Below, one piece after another: positions 46,821 through 55,200 of a stretch of 64,000 nucleotides of DNA. This DNA is from an uncultured virus (IMG/VR IMGVR_UViG_3300047160_003987) (taxonomy: Duplodnaviria; Heunggongvirae; Uroviricota; Caudoviricetes). Location: the IMG/VR virus record IMGVR_UViG_3300047160_003987; one strand, given 5' to 3'. Position numbers and translations under genes: made by a program. How positions within the stretch are numbered: the first letter of the stretch is position 1; each line of letters opens with the position of its first letter. The notes under the pieces were generated by a model. That model was not told the DNA's origin. It ran no database searches and worked only from the letters and a program-made list of their open reading frames with translations.

Positions 46821-46907
46821 TTACCAACCGGACTTTGGCTTCGGCCTGCGCCAGCTAGGCTTTGGCTTCGGTCTGCGAGGCGGCTTGGGTTTTGGTTTCC
46901 TTGCCAT
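46821..46907 (-). CDS. 28-aa Pro/Lys/Arg-rich peptide
   Basis: GAGGAG RBS; MARKPKPKPPRRPKPKPSWRRPKPKSGW*. Confidence 0.6.
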   Translation of the reverse strand: MARKPKPKPPRRPKPKPSWRRPKPKSGW

Positions 46908-46923
46908 TTCGTTCTCCTCATTT

Positions 46924-47036
46924 TCACCTACGGGCTTGGCTTTACTGGCGATGCCCTGCTGGAACCGCCAGTAAACATCTTTGATCATCTACGAACCTGG
47001 CCACCCCCTGTTACCTACGGGGTTGGCCACCGCTGT
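46924..47036 (-). repeat. three diverged copies of the 3' end of CDS 47011..47589 with an intervening inverted repeat
   Basis: SGGQPRR* (47036-47011), GGGQVRR* (47010-46985), SQARR* (46941-46924); TTTACTGGCG/CGCCAGTAAA at 46941-46975. Confidence 0.75.
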
Positions 47037-47589
47037 AGGCGACTGAACCACTCGCGGAAGCTGAACCGCTTGCGCTCCCGCTGCCGCCGTCCGGGGGGAC
47101 CGGTTGCGGCTTGCCACCTCCGCCCGGTGGGTACCAGATCAGAACAAAACCCCACCTGTTCGTCCAGTACCATTGCCAGCCCTCGCTAAGCCCACCATCG
47201 GGCGGACATATCGGCGGCTTTTCCGGTGGGGTTGGCGGTTCTGGCAGCACGATCGGATGCGCCGGATGGGGCGGCATCGGCCGCGCCCACGGCGGCGAAT
47301 AACCCGGATCAACCGGAGGCTCGGGATAGTGGATCGGCGGTGTCGCCACTGGAGGATAATAGATCGGCGGCGTCGCTATGCCAGCAGGAGGATAGTGGAT
47401 CGGTGGCGTGACCACAGCATCTGGAGGCCATACCCCAGGCGGTTGGTAGATCGGATGCGCCGGATAGACCGGGGGTGTCGCGATCGGATGCGCAGGAACA
47501 GGCGGCGGTCCAGGGATGCCATAGCCTGGATCGACCGGACGCTGCTGATCATCAAGCAGAATGATGTACGCAAGAGAACTCCTCGCCAT
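47011..47589 (-). CDS. proline-rich repeat protein
   Basis: PVDPGY x2, PAHPI and TPPI(H/Y)YP repeats; AGGAGG RBS. Confidence 0.75.
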   Translation of the reverse strand: MARSSLAYIILLDDQQRPVDPGYGIPGPPPVPAHPIATPPVYPAHPIYQPPGVWPPDAVVTPPIHYPPAGIATPPIYYPPVATPPIHYPEPPVDPGYSPPWARPMPPHPAHPIVLPEPPTPPEKPPICPPDGGLSEGWQWYWTNRWGFVLIWYPPGGGGKPQPVPPDGGSGSASGSASASGSVAYSGGQPRR

Positions 47590-47603
47590 TGTGACCTCCT
47601 AGC

Positions 47604-47972
47604 CTATTGGTTATCCGCCATGAACCCGGGGGGAAGCACATTCCCCATCCCACCGGTAACACCGGGGACCGCTGTCGGTGCGCCCATGTCCGGTAACGAG
47701 GCCGCAGCGCCCGGAACGGGTAAAGGCGCAGCAACGGGCCGTTTCTTTCCGATCGCCCCAAAGGGCGCTTTCGGCAATGCTGGCATTTTGGGGATACCAG
47801 GCGGGGCCGCGATCGAAGCGGCGATCCTGTCATGATGGGCTTGCGTGATGTGCCCCTGCTGCAGCAGATGTTTTGCACTGGCACGGGTCAGGTTGCGCAT
47901 ATGAGACGGCGTCTGTGCCATCATCTGAGCCGGTGTCTTTGTCATCATCATATGAGCTGATATCTTTGCCAT
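47604..47972 (-). CDS. Met/Pro/Ala-rich hypothetical protein
   Basis: 122-aa ORF. Confidence 0.6.
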   Translation of the reverse strand: MAKISAHMMMTKTPAQMMAQTPSHMRNLTRASAKHLLQQGHITQAHHDRIAASIAAPPGIPKMPALPKAPFGAIGKKRPVAAPLPVPGAAASLPDMGAPTAVPGVTGGMGNVLPPGFMADNQ

Positions 47973-48014
47973 GATAGCGACCCTTTCTCAAAACGCCGGC
48001 ACCGTATCAGACCA

Positions 48015-48254
48015 TCATGACAGATGCCATATTCTCACGAGTTTGAGCCCCTTTTCGGTGCGCTGCATCTTCCACAGATGGCCCTTCTGATCGGCGAATA
48101 CCTGCATGAGACCGGCTTGCTCTGGCAGCATGGCCGCCTGCCACGGTATCTCATCGATACCGCCGTTCAAGATCATATACCGGATGGTATTATGGTTGGC
48201 CTTGATCTGTTCGATCGGCGTCAGTCGGCCGCCATCATCCGCGCGCTTATCCAT
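48015..48254 (-). CDS. hypothetical protein
   Basis: GAGGAGG RBS. Confidence 0.65.
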   Translation of the reverse strand: MDKRADDGGRLTPIEQIKANHNTIRYMILNGGIDEIPWQAAMLPEQAGLMQVFADQKGHLWKMQRTEKGLKLVRIWHLS

Positions 48255-48271
48255 TATGACCCCTCCTCGAG

Positions 48272-48312
48272 AAAAAGGGCGGCGGAAGGAGCATCACCAC
48301 CTCCCGCCGCCC
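48272..48312 (-). terminator. intrinsic terminator whose loop is antisense to the GAGCATCAC leader
   Basis: GGGCGGCGGGAGG-TGGTGATGCT-CCTTCCGCCGCCC-TTTTT (13-bp stem with one G-U on the minus strand). Confidence 0.8.
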
Positions 48313-48362
48313 CGGCGTCGCACGCTTGCTGCTGCTGCAAGGACCATACGCCAAGCCACATT

Positions 48363-48686
48363 CTATCTCTGAGGTTCCACATGGTCAACTGGGGGCTTAC
48401 TCTCGACTGGAAGCTTATTCCCTTCGGTCTCGACTCGGGGCTTATTACCTTCGATCATCTGCTGCACGACCTCGCAAGTCTCAATGACCGCCACCGCCTT
48501 GCCATCAGCCAAATTGATCAGGCAATTGGTGGCCTTGTGATACATCCGATCATGCTCGGTCACACCTTCCCGCGGCCCACGCAGACTCGTTATCTGATCC
48601 GGGTTGACCTCAATGGCCGCGCCATCAGCACCATGCAATAGAATAAGAACGAACAGGAAGAGCATATCTTCCCCCATCTGTTGCAC
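48363..48686 (-). CDS. FlbD-like small protein
   Basis: LILLHGADG..IEVNPDQI...INLADGK...V.ET...V pattern. Confidence 0.55.
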   Translation of the reverse strand: MQQMGEDMLFLFVLILLHGADGAAIEVNPDQITSLRGPREGVTEHDRMYHKATNCLINLADGKAVAVIETCEVVQQMIEGNKPRVETEGNKLPVESKPPVDHVEPQR

Positions 48687-50494
48687 TACGCAAGGACAAC
48701 CCCCTTCCAGGCGCCGTCATATATCCAGAACTTGTGGTTGGTCGTGTCATAGATCATAGGCACAAGACCGGTATATGTCGCCGCGGGAACACCAGTCGGT
48801 GCACCGGCGCACGTGGGAATGTAAAAGAAGCCGGTTGTGGCAGTCGTAGCAAGCGCGCCACCGACAGCGGCCCCGACAGCAACATTGCGCTTGCTGTCGA
48901 TACGAAGCGCCTCAATAGGGGAAACAGAGCCACTGGCGGCAACATCGAAATACAAAGCCCCCGGCATCCCGCCAACAGCTGGAACATTATCAACCAGCGC
49001 ACGGATCTGAGACGATCTGCCAAACTGCGTGCTGTCATCCCCGGCAAACACAAGCCGGCCAATTTCATCCGCATTCTGAACCGTGGTGAATGTACCGGGA
49101 CTGGTAGACCGGGACTTGAGCATCTGCAGAGAAACGCCTCGGTTATCCGCTATCCAGGCCTGATAACCCGCCCCACCGGTAAAGTCAGCATAACCGGCAA
49201 TATTCAACCTCGGTACGGATAACCCGGATGCCGCATAACGCTGGCCCGTGGTCAGGCCCAGGAATGTCTCCCCACTCGGTCCGGTAAATATGCCAGCCAG
49301 CGCAGGCGAGCTGACGTTGCCGCCCCCGTTGCCAACGTACCACGTGTTTCGAACCATGATGGTCGTGTTGGCAACGGCATTGTTGATACCATAGCCAGCA
49401 TTGTTGCGGATCGTTGTGCCATCAACAAGGATGATAACCGTCGTACTGTTGTTCCGAATGCCATCCCGACCCGAATTGTAAATTGTCCCGCCGATAAACT
49501 GCACAATGCCGTTATGGCCGCTGACAATACTTACATCGTCCTGGCCGGACGAACTCGATGCGATCCAGGTGCCATCAAATGAAAACCAAGCACTGGCATT
49601 GGTCAACGTGTCGGCAAGCTGAACACATGGCCCGCTTGACGGACTATCAAGCGCCAAAGCCGGACCGAAGAAAACCTCACGGTTGCCCTCGGCGGCATAG
49701 TCATTTGAAATACGTAAATTTATGCCGTTGCCAATAACGTTGCCCGAATTGAAATACAGTCCGCCAAACCCGCCAGCGACATGAACGCCGATAGCGCATA
49801 ATGAAACCTTCAGGCCTTCGCGAATGGTTAGATCAGCCTTTGCACCTGTACCCACTGTGCCGTTAATGCGCAGTCCATCCTGTTGGGCAACTATCTCACG
49901 CCCACCATAGACGCAATTATCCAAAGCATCCCACCAAACGCCATTGAAAAGCTTGTTGCCGGCCGCGCCGTAGCGGGACTGCCCGGCTACGCTGAAATTA
50001 ATTTCGGACTGGATGACGTTCTTGATATGAACGGCAGCGCCTGCCGTCATGGTCGTATTGCTATCGATATAAATAGAACCAATTCTTATCCGGGCCTGCT
50101 GCACAGCGCCAGTAATGTCACCCACAGTAATGATGTCTGATGTGGTTCCCGCACCTGTATATCTAATTACGACCTCTGTAGCGGCACTCTGGGTTTCTAA
50201 CGCAAAATAACTGCCATTCAACGTCAACGGCTGCGATGTCATGTAAATGCCGGAAGATAAAACACCGGCTCGAGGAGCAGATAAAGAAGCGCCTGCCAGC
50301 CATGTAAAAAACGCCTGCAAAGCAATACTGTCATCCGTCGCACCATTCCCAACAGCGCCAAAGTCTTTTGCATTCGCAACCATTGCAAACCGGTCCGCAA
50401 GGTCCTGCGATGTCGTTCCCACACTCGCCAAAAACGGCAAGCTATTTATGTCGGTCCCCACAATTTGGCGAGAAAAGACCATTGTTGCCTCCAT
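48686..50494 (-). CDS. tailspike / right-handed beta-helix protein
   Basis: NAKDFGAVGNGATDDSIALQA pectate-lyase-3-type start; Gly/Asn-rich coils; fibre-like C-terminus. Confidence 0.8.
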   Translation of the reverse strand: MEATMVFSRQIVGTDINSLPFLASVGTTSQDLADRFAMVANAKDFGAVGNGATDDSIALQAFFTWLAGASLSAPRAGVLSSGIYMTSQPLTLNGSYFALETQSAATEVVIRYTGAGTTSDIITVGDITGAVQQARIRIGSIYIDSNTTMTAGAAVHIKNVIQSEINFSVAGQSRYGAAGNKLFNGVWWDALDNCVYGGREIVAQQDGLRINGTVGTGAKADLTIREGLKVSLCAIGVHVAGGFGGLYFNSGNVIGNGINLRISNDYAAEGNREVFFGPALALDSPSSGPCVQLADTLTNASAWFSFDGTWIASSSSGQDDVSIVSGHNGIVQFIGGTIYNSGRDGIRNNSTTVIILVDGTTIRNNAGYGINNAVANTTIMVRNTWYVGNGGGNVSSPALAGIFTGPSGETFLGLTTGQRYAASGLSVPRLNIAGYADFTGGAGYQAWIADNRGVSLQMLKSRSTSPGTFTTVQNADEIGRLVFAGDDSTQFGRSSQIRALVDNVPAVGGMPGALYFDVAASGSVSPIEALRIDSKRNVAVGAAVGGALATTATTGFFYIPTCAGAPTGVPAATYTGLVPMIYDTTNHKFWIYDGAWKGVVLA

Positions 50495-50543
50495 TCATCT
50501 CATGTAGGTCCCAACAAGTTCATCTCATGTAGGTCCCAGCAAG
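50494..50543 (-). repeat. 25-nt tandem duplication of a gene 3' end
   Basis: TTG CTG GGA CCT ACA TGA GATGA then TTG TTG GGA CCT ACA TGA GATGA (LLGPT* twice, one synonymous change). Confidence 0.9.
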
Positions 50544-50767
50544 TAAAAACCATCCGCACCCAAAAGAAGCTCACCGTCAGCCCCCACCAAATAAACCAAC
50601 CCAGACCCCAATAAATAAGCACCATCTCCACCCTGAAGGAACGCGCCATCAGCCCCCTGCAAATAAACTAACCCATCCGGTGGAACAGGAAGCTGAGGCT
50701 CAAACACAATGCGCCGCGCGCTCTCGATCGTGTAGCGAAGCTGCGCCTTCGTGGTGAGAATTTTCAT
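50525..50767 (-). CDS. small protein with L.G(A/G)DG repeats
   Basis: YLQGADG, FLQGGDG, YLVGADG, LLLGADG. Confidence 0.65.
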   Translation of the reverse strand: MKILTTKAQLRYTIESARRIVFEPQLPVPPDGLVYLQGADGAFLQGGDGAYLLGSGLVYLVGADGELLLGADGFYLLGPT

Positions 50768-51255
50768 TTCTTCTTCTTAACGTCTGCAGCAGGTGATCTC
50801 GATGACGGAGATACATCCTCGACCGGCGAAACCTCTTCCCATGGCGGCATAGATGATCTCTTGGCTACATCCGGTTGTGCGTTCTTGACCATATCGGGTC
50901 CCTCGATCTCCCCTGACTGCCCTGTGCTAGGTGGCGGCATGTAACCCGGGGGCCACGGCACCGGGTTGTTAGGGTTGAGCGGCATATTGACCGGATATTG
51001 CCCATAATGGGGCGGAATAGCTGGATCATCGCCATCCTTCACCCATTTCGGGATCTTTTGACTAGTGATCGAAAGATCAGTCAGCGCATCCTCGACTTTG
51101 TAGATGATCGCCTGCACACGTTCCTGGCTGTTGCATTGGCCAAGATCACCTCTGATCTCTTTGAAGGCCGCCGTGTTCGCCTTGATGACATCGACAAGAC
51201 CGTCATGCGAGGTCTTGGCATTCAACACCGGCAACAACATTGCGTTGGTATCCAT
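50764..51255 (-). CDS. hypothetical protein
   Basis: GGAGG RBS, 163 aa. Confidence 0.65.
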   Translation of the reverse strand: MDTNAMLLPVLNAKTSHDGLVDVIKANTAAFKEIRGDLGQCNSQERVQAIIYKVEDALTDLSITSQKIPKWVKDGDDPAIPPHYGQYPVNMPLNPNNPVPWPPGYMPPPSTGQSGEIEGPDMVKNAQPDVAKRSSMPPWEEVSPVEDVSPSSRSPAADVKKKK

Positions 51256-51267
51256 CCTCTATCCTCC

Positions 51268-51531
51268 CTACGGAAGCATTTTGAATAAATGTGACTTCTG
51301 CGTCGGCGATCCGCTGTCATAGGCAAATATCACCTGCACCAACGCATCATGCGCCCCCGTGACATCAGCCGCAACAATATCGGTGCGCGCATCTTGCGAT
51401 GCGAAATACCTCGTAATGAGCGTGCTATCCGCATCTATGATCGAATTGGTCGTGCGCAGGTCTTCGATCATCGCAATGAGGCTCTGGATCTTCGAGACAT
51501 ACAAGTTCATGAAACTGATAGGGTTCGACAT
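51268..51531 (-). CDS. hypothetical helical protein
   Basis: 87 aa; RBS lies in the duplicated gene end. Confidence 0.65.
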   Translation of the reverse strand: MSNPISFMNLYVSKIQSLIAMIEDLRTTNSIIDADSTLITRYFASQDARTDIVAADVTGAHDALVQVIFAYDSGSPTQKSHLFKMLP

Positions 51532-51580
51532 TTACCCAACTCCCATTCTGAACATCTTATCCGACTCCCATAAGAGACAT
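51532..51580 (-). repeat. diverged duplication of a gene 3' end (period 25)
   Basis: ATG GGA GTC GGA TAA ... ATG GGA GTT GGG TAA (MGVG* twice, two synonymous changes). Confidence 0.8.
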
Positions 51581-52228
51581 TGTTCCGCCCTTCGCCGCCG
51601 CCGCACCAGTCGCAGTGTAGTATGTTGACGCAACGACCGCCCAACTGCCAGACCCCGATGTGAATGCACAAACTTGCGTCCCCGTCGCCGAAACTGACTT
51701 CCATTCCTCGCCGCGGCCCGACACCGTACCCTGGTTCATCAGCGTAAAACCCGAGCCCGCCGTCGGGGTCGGACCCGTCGTCACCATTCCAACATGAACA
51801 ACCTCAGTCGCAACCGTCGTCGCCCCCGTCGTCACCGTCCCGTTAGCCGATGCACCGGAATTCGTCGCCGACTGATCCAGCACAAACCCATTCGCATTGC
51901 CACCACTGTCCGTGATCTCGCAAATGCCGACCGAAAAGAACGTCGCCGTGCCCGTATAAGCCACCGACACCGTATCAGTCCCACCAATGCCCTGCTTCAC
52001 ATAGTAGGTCTTGCACTGACACGTATTGTCGCTGGTGGTCCGTGAACCAACCAGTATGAAGGTATTGCCCACCGTATCGGTCGGCGTGCTGATGGTGAGC
52101 GAATTGTCGCCTGTCACATGGACGATAATGCCGCGGTTGGCCGTCGTCGCCGACGTGAACGCCGCAGTCATGGGACTCGACGGCGTCAGCGTATCAGTCA
52201 GTTTAGAGTTGGTAAGTGTAATAGCCAT
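51557..52228 (-). CDS. Thr/Ser/Gly-rich beta-sandwich protein, probable virion appendage
   Basis: PTDTVGNTF motif; ends in hydrophobic MSLMGVG. Confidence 0.7.
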   Translation of the reverse strand: MAITLTNSKLTDTLTPSSPMTAAFTSATTANRGIIVHVTGDNSLTISTPTDTVGNTFILVGSRTTSDNTCQCKTYYVKQGIGGTDTVSVAYTGTATFFSVGICEITDSGGNANGFVLDQSATNSGASANGTVTTGATTVATEVVHVGMVTTGPTPTAGSGFTLMNQGTVSGRGEEWKSVSATGTQVCAFTSGSGSWAVVASTYYTATGAAAAKGGTMSLMGVG

Positions 52229-52231
52229 TGT

Positions 52232-55200
52232 TTATGTACACTGCACATAAAGCGCGGTAATAAAGATCGATGATGCCGCCGCCGACACCGTCGCCGTCCA
52301 ATTGTTCGCCGCCGTCGCCTGCACCATCGCACTGTCAACCGGCACCGTAAAACCTCGCATGTCGCCCGCAGGAACCATCACCGTCATGCGCGTTGTTCCC
52401 GCCGTCGAATCCTTGATCGCAACGTTGACCGCCGTGCCGCTCGTGTTCGAGATCGTCAGGCCATAAATATCGTTGAATACACCCGATGAGCCCGCCGTCA
52501 CGATCGTGGTTTCCGTCGTCGTTGTGATCGTCGTGGTCTGAAGCTTCTTGAGATCGCGCAGCGCCCCCACCACCACCTGCTTGCCAAGCTTGTCAAATAT
52601 TGCAGTGACACGCTGGCCATCACTGACCGCGGTCGGGTTTGCCGTCTTGGCAAGGCCGCCAATTTTCTGTGGGTTGCCGCTGTCCGTCGTGCCGGACGCT
52701 ATTTCGCCGACACACTGCTGGTTCACAGTCGACTTGATATTCACCAGCACGTTGCCGGCGCTGTCCAACTGCAACGGCGAGGAATTGCCGCTGGTGATCG
52801 TCGTCGGCGTGGTGTTGAACTCACCCCCGATCAAAATAGCCTGCCCAGGCGTCGCAATGTTCTGCGTCGAGGCAAAGTCAAAGACACCGCCGCCATTGCC
52901 GACACAGCGCGAGGTCCATGTGCCACCTTGCGAGGCCGTGCACAGGAAATTCGCAGCATTGTTCTGAAATGCCAGCGTCTCATGCGCCGCCGTCGTCAGA
53001 TCCGACTGCACCGCCACCGTGCCCGTGCCGGCAATGACCGTCGACAACCTGGCGCGGACGTTGGTCGCCCCCGTCGCAATGATCTGGAAGGCCTGGTTCG
53101 TGCTGGCCACAAACGTATAGGGGTTGGTCAGCTGCGATCCCGTTACCGGGTCGATCAGCCGGCTGACCGGAATGGTCTTGTAATTCGTGCCGCCATCATA
53201 CGACTCTTCGAACGTCACTGCGCCACCCGTCAGCGTCGTACCCTGTGTCAGCTGGCCTACAATGGTGTTGTAGGTGACAAATGTTGTCGCCAGCATGCTG
53301 ATGACGGAATTCAGCGTCGTCACCGACGTCCATGATCCAGTGCCTTGCGTCGGACTCGGCGTATAAACCCACAATGGTGACGCATTGCTGCCAAGCTCGA
53401 TCCCCGTCGCCGTCCGCAAATTGACAAAACCGGCGCGGTTGGCCGTCATCTGCCACGCACCGCCCTGCCCATTGGTCAAGGCATTGTTCGTGGCCGTGGT
53501 CTGGAAAAAACCGCCCGCAGGCGTGTAATTGGTCGTGCCCGCGGTAAATGCCGCCGCGTCCTGCGCCGCCGTGCCGCCACTGCCGGCCCCCGCCTTGATG
53601 TTGACCAGCAAATTGCCGGACCCATCCATCTGCAGCGGGCTCATGTTGCCGCTGGTGATGGCCGTCGGCGACGTGTTGAACTGCGCCAGCGCCATTACGC
53701 CATTGGCCACACTCGCGCTGTTCTGCGTGCTCGACCCAATGCCCCAGTTCGCCGCCGTCAGCGGATCAACCTGCCCCTTTAAATTTGCCGCCGTGGCCTG
53801 TTGCACCGTCACCGCGGCCGCAACGCTCACCGGCTGTGTCACTGCGCTGCCATCGACCTTCAGCGCCGTCGTATTCGCCCCCGTGCCGGTCAGATCAACC
53901 CGCAGCCCGCCCGTCGTGGTCAGGCTCAATGGGCTGGTCTGGGCCGTCGTATAAGATGGCGCAGACGTCGTGACTGCCCCCATGCCCAAATTGCCCGTCT
54001 GTCCCGATGTCGTCGACCCCTGGGTGGCATTGCTCGGTTGGTTGGCGCTGGTTGAAGCGCCGGTCGGCAGCGATACCGTGCCGCTGACATTGGTGATGTT
54101 CCAGGTCCCGCTCTGGCTGGCCGGAAACACCCCGCCCGTGCCCGTCACCAGCCACGCCGTGGTATTCGCCGTGTTGCCCGGTTGAACCGTCCAGGTCCCA
54201 CTCTGCGTCACCGCCACAGTGCCGCTGACAGGCTGAGTGACCGCCGAGCCGTCAACGCGAAGCGCACCGGCCGTGGTCAGCGAAAAAGGACTAGTCTGCG
54301 CGGTCGTATAGCTTGGCGAACCGGTAGTGACGGCGCCCATGCCCAACGTACCAGTTTGGCCCGACGTCGTTGATCCCTGCCCCGCATTGCTCGGTTGGTT
54401 TGCGCTGGTCGACGCCCCGGTTGGCAGACTGATCGTTCCAGAGATATTCGTGACGTTCCAGGTGCCGCCTTGGTTCGCCGTCACGGTCCCGCTGACCGGC
54501 TGCGTGGCTTGCCAGAACGTTCCGCTCACCGGCTGGGTGACAGCTGAACCATCGACGCGTAGGGCCCCGGCAGTCGTGAGCGATAGATAATTGCTGGTCG
54601 CCGTCGTGTACGAGGGCGCCGCAGTAGTCACAGCACCCAAAGCTAAACCGCCCGTTTGACCGGACGTGGTGCTCGCTGCAGCAGCGTTCGTAGGCTGGTT
54701 CGCTGAAGTAGCCGCTCCCGTAGGCAGGGGCAGGCTGGCAGCACTCACAGGCTGGGTCGCCTGCCAAAACGTTCCCGTGACCGCCACAGAGGCGTTCGTC
54801 AAATTGACGTTCGCGCTCGTCGACGTCATCGCCCACGTCGTTCCGTCCGGCTTCATACTCCATGGGGCACCCCCTTGGTTCGCCGTAACCGTGCCAGTCA
54901 CCGTCGCCGTGCCAGTAATGCTGACCGAACCCGATACCGGCTGTGTCGTCGCACTGCCATCAACGCGTAAACCACCCGCGGTCGTCAGGCTTAACGGGTT
55001 GGTCTGCGCCGTCGTGTAGGTCGGCGCACCCGTCGTGGTAAACCCCATAGCCACGTTGCCAATTTGGCCCGAGCTGGTCGAGCCAACTGCCGCCGCCGTG
55101 GGTTGGTTCGCCGATGTAGCCGCGCCAGTAGGCAGTGGCAGGGAGGCCGCCGACACCGGTTGCGTCGTCTGCCAGAACGTCCCCGTCACCGCGACAGACG

